Shown one piece after another: positions 55,604 through 64,000 of a DNA stretch of 64,000 bases (the first letter of the stretch is position 1; each line of letters opens with the position of its first letter). The position numbers and the translations under genes are program-made. Source of the DNA: an uncultured Acidobacteriota bacterium. Its GTDB lineage: Bacteria; Acidobacteriota; Thermoanaerobaculia; Multivoradales; SZUA-115. Under the pieces are notes generated by a model. The model searched no databases and was not told where the DNA came from. It was given only the letters and a program-made list of their open reading frames with translations. The DNA is taken from the NCBI GenBank assembly GCA_963805975.1, contig CAWDVR010000001.1, positions 1,120,001 to 1,184,000 of the forward strand, written 5' to 3'.

Positions 55604-55636
55604 TCCCCGAGGTTAGCACTCGTGGCCCGCGCCACC

Positions 55637-58219
55637 TCAGGGCAGGGCTTCGCGGTCGAGGTAGGAGAAGTCGCTGTCGATCGGCTTCTCGAGGCTGCGG
55701 CTCTTTTCGACGAACACCTGCAGCGAATGGTCGTCGGTGAAGGCCAGGCGCTCGCCGAGCTCCGGTGAGTAGGGGAACTGCGCCTGGCCGCGGCGCCAGG
55801 CGACTCGCGCCTTGTCCGGCTCGCCGTTCTTGGCGTAGGCGTCGCCCAGGGCCACGTGGGTGGCGAGGAAATAGGCAGGCGGCTGGCGGCGGCCTCCGGC
55901 CCGGGCGAGCTGGCGCTCCTGGAGCGCCACCGCGCTTTCGAGCGCCGCCGCGGCGTCGTCCGAGTGGCGCAGCGCGCGCGGCCAGTGCAGGTGGTTGACG
56001 CCGAGGCAGTAGTAGCCCACCCAAGAGTCCGGGTCGGCGGCCACCAGGGCGATGAACTGGTCGAGGGCGCGGCGCGCCAGCTTGCCCTTGCAGATCACGG
56101 CCGCCACGCCACCGCAGGCCGGGATCCGGTCCACGTAGGCCGAGCCGAGCTCGATCTTGAGGCTCGAGGAGTCGGGATAGCGGGCCACCATCTCTTCGAA
56201 GAAGGCGATGGCGCGGTCCTGGCGGCCGTTGGCGGCGGCGAGCGCGCGGTAGGAGCTGGCGAGGGCCCAGCCCGGCGGCCGGCCGCGGAGCTTCTGCTCG
56301 AGGCTCGTGAGCCGGCTCTCCAAGTCGGCGGGGGGCGGCGCCTTCGCCTGGACCACGGGCGCAGGCGCGGGGGCCGTGCGCCGGGAGGCTGCCGGCTCCC
56401 GCCGGGCGTAGCGGCTCGGCTGCTGGCGGATCTCGAGCCAGCGGTCCACGGCCACGTCGCGCAGCTCCTCGATGCCGCCGTCCGGCCAGCGCACGGTGAG
56501 CTTCGTGATGCGGGAATCCTTGCCGAGGCCGAAATGCAGGCGCGGATCGCTCTGACCGGCGAAGCCGTTGCCGCCGTCGCGCTCGCGCATCTGCTTGCCG
56601 CTCGCGGTCTCGATGGTGACCCGGGCACCGATGGCGTCGCGCGTGATGCCCGTCGCCGGGTCGGCCACCAGGCGCACGCCGAGCCAGTGGTGGCCCCGCG
56701 TGCCCTGGTTCTTGAAGAGCTGCGCGGGCTGGCCCTGGTTGGCGAGCAGCACGTCGAGGTCGCCGTCGTCGTCATAGTCGAGGATCACCATGCCGCGGGC
56801 GTCCCGATCGCTGGCGAGGCCCGCCTCGGTGGCCCGCTCGCTGAAGGTGGCGCCGTCCTCGTTGATCCAGAAGCGCTTCTTCTCGAAGCCGGAGAAAGAG
56901 CGGTCGCCGATCGTCGGCCAGTTCTTGGCCTCGGCCGGGTCCTGATCGAGCACCGTCCACGAGGCGAGGTCGTACCAGTAGTTGCCGGGGCCGTTGCTGA
57001 TGAAGCCGTTGGCGGCGTAGAGGTCGAGGTCGCCGTCGTTGTCGGCGTCGAAGAACTTCGCTCCCCACCCCCAGCCGCCGTCGGCGGTGCCGGTCTCGGC
57101 CGCCACGTCGCTGAAGGAAACGTGGCCGGCGCCGTCCACGCCGAGGTTGAGCCACAGCATGTTGCCTTCCCACAGGTACTCGCGGGTGGTGATGTTGGTG
57201 ACGTAGATGTCCAGCCAGCCGTCGTTGTTGAAGTCACCGAAGTCGGCGTTCATGCCCTTCTTGGTGTCGACGCCCAGCGCCTCGGCGCTGGTGTTGGCAA
57301 AGGTGCCGTCGCGGCGGTTGATGAACAGCTGGTCGGTGCCGAAGTCGTTGGCGGAGTAGAGGTCGGGCCAGCCGTCGTTGTCGAGGTCCCCCGCCGCCAC
57401 CGCCAGGGTCCAGCCGCTGTCGTCCACCCCCGCCTGCTTGGCCACCTCGACGAAGCGGCCGTCCGGCTGCTGGTGGAAGAGCTGGTTGCGACCGCCGTTC
57501 CTGGCGGTCTCGAAGCTGTCGTGCATGACACGGGTGGTGTTCAAGTGCCAGAGATCGAAGTCGGCGAAGTAGTTGGCCACGTAGAGGTCGAGGCGGCCGT
57601 CGAGGTCGTAGTCGAAGAAGACCGCGCCGTTGCCGTTCTTCCAGTCCGTGCCGGGGGTGCCGTCCGCGCGCCGGAAGAGCCGGGCGGTCACGTCCTCGAA
57701 GGTGCCGTTGCCGCGGTTGCGGAACAGTATGTTCCGCCCCCAGCGGACCACGAAGAGGTCGCTCCAACCGTCGTTGTCCACGTCTCCCCACACCGCGTGC
57801 ATGCCCACGCCCTGGTCATTGTTCCAGGCTGCGACGCCCGCCTGGCGCCCCACCTCCTGGAAGGTGCCGTTACCGAGGTTCCGGTAGAGGAAGTTGGGCG
57901 CACCCTTGGCCGAGTTGGTGAGGAAGAAGTCGACCTTGCCGTCGCGGTCGTAGTCCGCGGCGGCGGCGGCGGCACCGACGCTCGTCACCCAGGACATGAC
58001 GTTGTCGAGCTTGCGGTCGAGAACCGGCTTCTGGTGGCGGTGCTGGATGCCGGCAGCGGCGGCGACCTCCTGGAAGCGCGGCACGCCCTGGGCGCTGCGC
58101 CCAGGTTGGGCCCACAGCAGCATCCCGCCGCCCGGGGCGGCGGTGAACAGGAGAATGAGCATCCCGAAGGCCTGTCGCCGAGTGCGACGAAGTGCTTCCA
58201 GCTCGCGAGGCACAGGCAT
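55637..58219 (-). CDS. CRTAC1-like protein: FG-GAP repeats, ASPIC/UnbV domain and TPR-like C-terminus
   Basis: Repeated DYDRDG/DVDNDG/DYDLDG/DLDNDG/DFNNDG/DADNDG; AIGARV..GNGFAGQSDPRLHFGLG..VRWPDG; helical C-terminus. Confidence 0.9.
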   Translation of the reverse strand: MPVPRELEALRRTRRQAFGMLILLFTAAPGGGMLLWAQPGRSAQGVPRFQEVAAAAGIQHRHQKPVLDRKLDNVMSWVTSVGAAAAAADYDRDGKVDFFLTNSAKGAPNFLYRNLGNGTFQEVGRQAGVAAWNNDQGVGMHAVWGDVDNDGWSDLFVVRWGRNILFRNRGNGTFEDVTARLFRRADGTPGTDWKNGNGAVFFDYDLDGRLDLYVANYFADFDLWHLNTTRVMHDSFETARNGGRNQLFHQQPDGRFVEVAKQAGVDDSGWTLAVAAGDLDNDGWPDLYSANDFGTDQLFINRRDGTFANTSAEALGVDTKKGMNADFGDFNNDGWLDIYVTNITTREYLWEGNMLWLNLGVDGAGHVSFSDVAAETGTADGGWGWGAKFFDADNDGDLDLYAANGFISNGPGNYWYDLASWTVLDQDPAEAKNWPTIGDRSFSGFEKKRFWINEDGATFSERATEAGLASDRDARGMVILDYDDDGDLDVLLANQGQPAQLFKNQGTRGHHWLGVRLVADPATGITRDAIGARVTIETASGKQMRERDGGNGFAGQSDPRLHFGLGKDSRITKLTVRWPDGGIEELRDVAVDRWLEIRQQPSRYARREPAASRRTAPAPAPVVQAKAPPPADLESRLTSLEQKLRGRPPGWALASSYRALAAANGRQDRAIAFFEEMVARYPDSSSLKIELGSAYVDRIPACGGVAAVICKGKLARRALDQFIALVAADPDSWVGYYCLGVNHLHWPRALRHSDDAAAALESAVALQERQLARAGGRRQPPAYFLATHVALGDAYAKNGEPDKARVAWRRGQAQFPYSPELGERLAFTDDHSLQVFVEKSRSLEKPIDSDFSYLDREALP

Positions 58220-58278
58220 CAGTCGGACCCCCCTCAGCTCTTCGAGTGCCGCCCCCGGCCCGCGCCGGGACAGCGCTG

Positions 58279-59190
58279 CTACCGCCGCAGCCGAATCCAA
58301 GCGGCCGCGACCAGCGCTGCGGCCAGCGCCGCCAGGCCCCAGCCACCCAGGGCCGGCACTTCGGTGGCCCCGAGGCCGCTCGCAACCCCCTCGATCACGA
58401 ACGGCAGCCCCTGTGGCGCCTCGCTGCCGCTGTCGCCGATCTCGTCGTAGGTGACGCCGTTGTCGTTGGACTGCAAGGCATCGCCGGTCTCCGTCTGGCC
58501 GTTCAAAGTGATGGGCGGGTTCCAGGGCCCGTTCAGGAGCGTGGCATCGGCCTGCCAGTCGAGCCAGTAGGTGCCCGGCAGCAGCAGGAAGCCACCGCTC
58601 GCCGTGAGCGCCATCACCGGCCGGTCGGTCACCAGGCCGGACTCGTTCTCGCGCACCCGGTAGATGCCGCTCCAGGCCGAGGAGAGCAGGCGGTTGGTGG
58701 CCGTGTCGCCGAACACCACGGCGGTGGTCTCCGCGCCGGGCTGGCCGTCGAGCACCCGATAGTTGAGCTGGGTGAAGGTGGAGGCAGTCGTCGAGCCGAC
58801 CTGATAGCCGAAGAAAGTGAGGCGCTCGACCTGCCAGTACTCGCCTTCGGGCACGGTGAACTGATCGGCGAGCCGGGCCCCGAAGCGGAGCTGGTTGCCG
58901 AAACCCAGAGTGGTCATCTGCAGATCGGTGAACTGGAGGCGGCTCTCGTCGGCCCCGCCCACGCCGGTGCCCGGGCTGTTGACCAGCGGGCCGTTGTCGT
59001 GAAGCGGAGAGACCGCGCCGCGCCAGACGACTTCACCGGGCGCCTGGGTGGACGGCGAGCCCGGGTTGCGGATGCCATCGTCGCGCAGCCGGCCGGTGAG
59101 CGCCTCCCCAGGCGTCCCGAAAGCCGTGACAGAGAAGCCGCCCGTCGGGAAGAGGGCGAGAGCGAGGAGAATGGCGGCGCGGGGAGGCAT
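58279..59190 (-). CDS. Secreted protein with IPTL-CTERM-like sorting signal
   Basis: Signal peptide; RLADQFTVP..PGTYWL; C-terminus EVPALGGWGLAALAAALVAAAWIRLRR. Confidence 0.85.
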   Translation of the reverse strand: MPPRAAILLALALFPTGGFSVTAFGTPGEALTGRLRDDGIRNPGSPSTQAPGEVVWRGAVSPLHDNGPLVNSPGTGVGGADESRLQFTDLQMTTLGFGNQLRFGARLADQFTVPEGEYWQVERLTFFGYQVGSTTASTFTQLNYRVLDGQPGAETTAVVFGDTATNRLLSSAWSGIYRVRENESGLVTDRPVMALTASGGFLLLPGTYWLDWQADATLLNGPWNPPITLNGQTETGDALQSNDNGVTYDEIGDSGSEAPQGLPFVIEGVASGLGATEVPALGGWGLAALAAALVAAAWIRLRR

Positions 59191-59335
59191 CTCGATCGGC
59201 TGGCAGGGCCTGGCGGAACCGGGCCTTCGGCTATACTCGAAAGCGTAGCATGTCCAAGCTCTTAGGTCGGTCGCGAGCCTCCGTGTCCACCCCCGCGCGC
59301 CCGGTCCGCATTTTGGGGGCGAGGAGGATTGCGCC

Positions 59336-61108
<1,773 letters not shown>

Positions 61109-61182
61109 GATCCCTGCCCGCGGATGGCCAGCTCCGCGGGCCCGACCCTTTGCTAGAATCCCTGGTTTCGAGCCCTTCACTC

Positions 61183-61587
61183 ATGAGTGACGCCCAGAAG
61201 CACCGCATCCTGATCGCCAAGCCGGGGCTGGACGGCCACGACCGCGGCGCCAAGGTGGTGGCCCGGGCCCTGCGCGACGCGGGCTTCGAGGTCATCTACA
61301 CCGGTCTGCGGCAGACGCCGGAGCAGATCGCGGCGGCGGCCGTGCAGGAGGACGTCGACGCCGTGGGGCTGTCGATCCTCTCCGGCGCCCACAACGTGCT
61401 GCTGCCCGAGATCACCCGCCTGCTGCGGGCGGAGGAGGCCGGGGACATCCTGGTCTTCGCCGGCGGCATCATTCCCGAGCAGGACATCTCGCCGCTCAAA
61501 GAGGCCGGGATCGACGCCATCTTCCTGCCCGGCACCACCACCACGACCATTGTCGAGTACCTCCGCCACCGGCTGGCGGCCGCCTGA
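61183..61587 (+). CDS. Cobalamin-binding small subunit of the acyl-CoA mutase
   Basis: [12 protein letters not shown] (DxHxxG), [15 protein letters not shown]. Confidence 0.93.
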   Translation: MSDAQKHRILIAKPGLDGHDRGAKVVARALRDAGFEVIYTGLRQTPEQIAAAAVQEDVDAVGLSILSGAHNVLLPEITRLLRAEEAGDILVFAGGIIPEQDISPLKEAGIDAIFLPGTTTTTIVEYLRHRLAAA

Positions 61588-61605
61588 GGCCCTAGAATCG
61601 GAGAA

Positions 61606-62658
61606 ATGATGAGCCGCCGCATCCTGCTTGCCGACGACAGCGTCACCATTCAAAAGGTCATCGAGCTCACGTTCGCGGAGCAGGACTACGAGATCGTCTC
61701 GGTCTCCGACGGCACCTCGGCGATCACCGCCCTCACCGAGTCCCGTCCGGACCTGGTGGTGGCGGACGTCCACATGCCGGGCGCTTCCGGCTTCGAGGTG
61801 TGCCGCCTGGCCAAGGAGCTGCACCCCGGCTTGCCGGTGGTGCTGATGGTCGGCACCTTCGAGCCTTTCGAGGAAGCGGACGCCAGCGCCGCCGGGGCCG
61901 ACACCTTCCTGAAGAAACCCTTCGACTCCCAGGAGCTCGTGCGCGTGGTCGGCGACCTGATCTCCAGGAACGCCTCCGGGGCTGCCGCGGCGCCGGCCTG
62001 GGAGGAGGCCTGGCCGGCCGCCGAGCCGGCACCCACGGCGTGGAGCGCTCCGCCGGCGGTCGAGGACTTGCCACCGGCCATGGCTTTCACCGCCGAGGCG
62101 GAAGAAGAGGTGGACCTCGAGAGCTGGGACAAGCTCGAGATCGCGGCCGCCGAGGGCGACGATGACGACGCCGGCGAGCCGGTGTGGGGCAATTTCGATG
62201 CTTCGCTGGACGCCGTCTCGCTCGAAGACGAGCCGCTCGAGGACCTGCCGGCGGCCGAGCCGTCGAGCGCCTATTCTGCGCCGGCAGCTTCCGCCGCTCA
62301 GACCACGGAGCCCTTCGCCATCGGCTTGGGGGACAGCTTCTTCTCCGCCGAGCTCGAGACGACCTTCGAGGCGCCCTCTGCGCCTCCCGCGGGCGATCTT
62401 TTCGAGGTTCCCGCCGCCCGGCTGGCCAGCCACTCTTCGACCCCCGCGGTGGCCGTCGCCCCGCCGGTGGCGCCGGCCGCCTCGCTCAATGGTCTGTCGG
62501 ACGAGGACGTGGACCGCGTGGCGCGCCGGATGGTGGAGCTGCTCTCCGACAAGGTGGTGCGGGACATCGCCTGGGAAGTCATCCCCGACGTCGCCGAGCT
62601 GGTCATCAAGGACCGCATCCGCGAGCTCGAGGCCCAGGTCGACGGCGCCGAGCCGTAG
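61606..62658 (+). CDS. RomR-like response regulator (REC, acidic/Pro-Ala linker, helical C-terminus)
   Basis: ILLADDSVTIQKVIELTF, ADVHMP, VGTFEPF, KKPF; C-terminus VVRDIAWEVIPDVAELVIKDRI. Confidence 0.85.
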   Translation: MMSRRILLADDSVTIQKVIELTFAEQDYEIVSVSDGTSAITALTESRPDLVVADVHMPGASGFEVCRLAKELHPGLPVVLMVGTFEPFEEADASAAGADTFLKKPFDSQELVRVVGDLISRNASGAAAAPAWEEAWPAAEPAPTAWSAPPAVEDLPPAMAFTAEAEEEVDLESWDKLEIAAAEGDDDDAGEPVWGNFDASLDAVSLEDEPLEDLPAAEPSSAYSAPAASAAQTTEPFAIGLGDSFFSAELETTFEAPSAPPAGDLFEVPAARLASHSSTPAVAVAPPVAPAASLNGLSDEDVDRVARRMVELLSDKVVRDIAWEVIPDVAELVIKDRIRELEAQVDGAEP

Positions 62659-62796
62659 ACGCCGCGGCCCCACCGGCTCGGGCCTGGCTGTCGGGCGCCG
62701 GGCCGGGCCGGCCCTTCGTCCTGTTTTCCAATCCTTTGCGCAGGCCGGCGTGGGAGCTCGCTCCCCGCGGCCGCCGGTCTTCCGAGAGGTGGGTAC

Positions 62797-64000
62797 GTGA
62801 GCGAAGCGATGGACAAGACCTTCGACCCCAAGAGCTACGAGCAGGCGTGGCAGCGCCGCTGGACCGAGATGGGTGTCTTCCGGGCCCCGGCGGGCGATCC
62901 CAGGCCCTCGTACTGCATCATGATCCCGCCGCCCAACGTCACCGGCAAGCTGCACATGGGGCATGCGCTCCAGACCTCGCTGCAGGATCTGCTGACGCGT
63001 TGGAAGCGGATGTCCGGCTACAACGCCCTCTGGCTGCCGGGTACCGACCACGCCGGCATCGCCACCCAGATGATGGTGGAGAAGGCCCTCGCCGAAGAAG
63101 GCCAGAGCCGCGAGCAGCTCGGCCGCGAGCGCTTCCTCGAGCGCATGTGGGAGTGGAAGCGCCAGTACCACGGCAACATCCGCCAGCAGCTCGACCTGAT
63201 GGGAGCGAGCTGCGACTGGAGCCGCGAGCGCTTCACCCTCGACGAGGGGCTGTCCGAGGCGGTGCGCGAGGCCTTCGTGCGCCTCCACGGCGCCGGCCTC
63301 GTCACCCGCGGCGAGTACATGGTGAACTGGTCGCCGGCGCTCCACACCGCGATCTCGGACCTCGAGGTCGAGATGAAGACCGTGGCGGGGAAGCTCTACC
63401 ACGTGGCCTACGCGGTCGAAGGCAGCGAGCGCAAGATCGTGGTCGCCACCACGCGGCCCGAGACCATGCTCGGCGACACCGCCGTGGCCTTCCATCCGGA
63501 CGACGAGCGCTACCGCGACCTCGCCGGCAAGGCTGCCCTGCTGCCGATCGTGGGGCGGCGCCTGCCGTTCATCGCCGACCTCGCGGTCGACCCGGCCTTC
63601 GGCACCGGCCTGGTCAAGGTGACGCCGTTCCACGACCCCGCGGACTTCGAGATGGGACGGCGCCACAACCTGCCGGGCATCCAGGTGATCGACAAGCAGG
63701 GGCGGATGACCGAGGCCGCGGGCGAGGACTTTGCCGGACTCGACCGCTTCGCGGCGCGCGCCAAGGTGGTCGAGCGCCTGCGCGACGAGGGTGCGCTGGT
63801 GAAGGTGGAGGACCACGTCCACAACGTCGGGCACAGCGACCGCACCGGCGAGCCCATCGAGCCGCTGGTCTCGACGCAGTGGTTCTGCGACATGAGCGGC
63901 ATGGCCGCCAAAGCGCTTGCGGCGGTCGAGGACGGCCACCTCGCCCTGGTGCCGGACTCCTGGGGCAAGACCTGGCAGCACTGGCTCGAGAACATCAAGC
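62797..64000 (+). CDS. valS: Valine--tRNA ligase, 5' part (runs off window)
   Basis: Manual translation: MDKTFDPK..PPPNVTGKLHMGHA (HIGH), PGTDHAGIATQ, DWSRERFTLD, ISDLEV, ATTRPETMLGD, FGTGLVKVTP.HDP.D, STQWF. Confidence 0.96.
   Translation, partial: MSEAMDKTFDPKSYEQAWQRRWTEMGVFRAPAGDPRPSYCIMIPPPNVTGKLHMGHALQTSLQDLLTRWKRMSGYNALWLPGTDHAGIATQMMVEKALAEEGQSREQLGRERFLERMWEWKRQYHGNIRQQLDLMGASCDWSRERFTLDEGLSEAVREAFVRLHGAGLVTRGEYMVNWSPALHTAISDLEVEMKTVAGKLYHVAYAVEGSERKIVVATTRPETMLGDTAVAFHPDDERYRDLAGKAALLPIVGRRLPFIADLAVDPAFGTGLVKVTPFHDPADFEMGRRHNLPGIQVIDKQGRMTEAAGEDFAGLDRFAARAKVVERLRDEGALVKVEDHVHNVGHSDRTGEPIEPLVSTQWFCDMSGMAAKALAAVEDGHLALVPDSWGKTWQHWLENIK

Noticed and set aside
55613-55621. TTAGCACTC CIRCE half-site (also GAGCGCTAA upstream of htpG at 29123)
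   Set aside because: The matching half at 9-bp spacing is absent in both places.
55637-58219. Enediyne cluster suggested by the UnbV domain
   Set aside because: No enediyne PKS or unbU/unbL-like genes; ASPIC/UnbV proteins are common in this lineage.

Overview
High-GC bacterial DNA (about 70% by eye), probably Acidobacteriota of the Thermoanaerobaculia type, inferred from the acidobacterial VWA protein, the IFADGFE and IPTL-like C-terminal tags and several lineage-typical secreted proteins. Bases 1-16.9 kb are the 5' end of a biosynthetic island at a tRNA-Glu(TTC), with a decayed large serine recombinase reading into the tRNA. The island carries a >3,675-aa NRPS that is missing from the ORF track because it has no stop in the window: C-A(Thr)-T, C(modAA-like)-A(Thr)-T, C(modAA-like)-A(Val)-T, C... 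Upstream on the same strand are a Get3d-like ArsA-fold ATPase with an alpha-crystallin tail, an 80-aa amphipathic protein ending in a VxV motif, and a patatin. Divergent from these are an NTF2-like protein and a PoyC-type B12 radical-SAM methyltransferase with no visible RiPP precursor. This combination is my best candidate for an undescribed system. The rest looks like core or accessory chromosome: permease and aminotransferase, S8 protease, htpG, a surface-glycan locus interrupted by vapBC, tandem secreted paralogues, a Tat PLP enzyme plus lipoprotein RidA, a doubly deleted esterase pseudogene, class II DAHP synthase, two acyl-CoA dehydrogenases (one frameshifted), an isobutyryl-CoA-mutase-like pair, a RomR-like regulator and the 5' part of valS. 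All calls come from manual translation and recalled motifs; no searches or computations were run.
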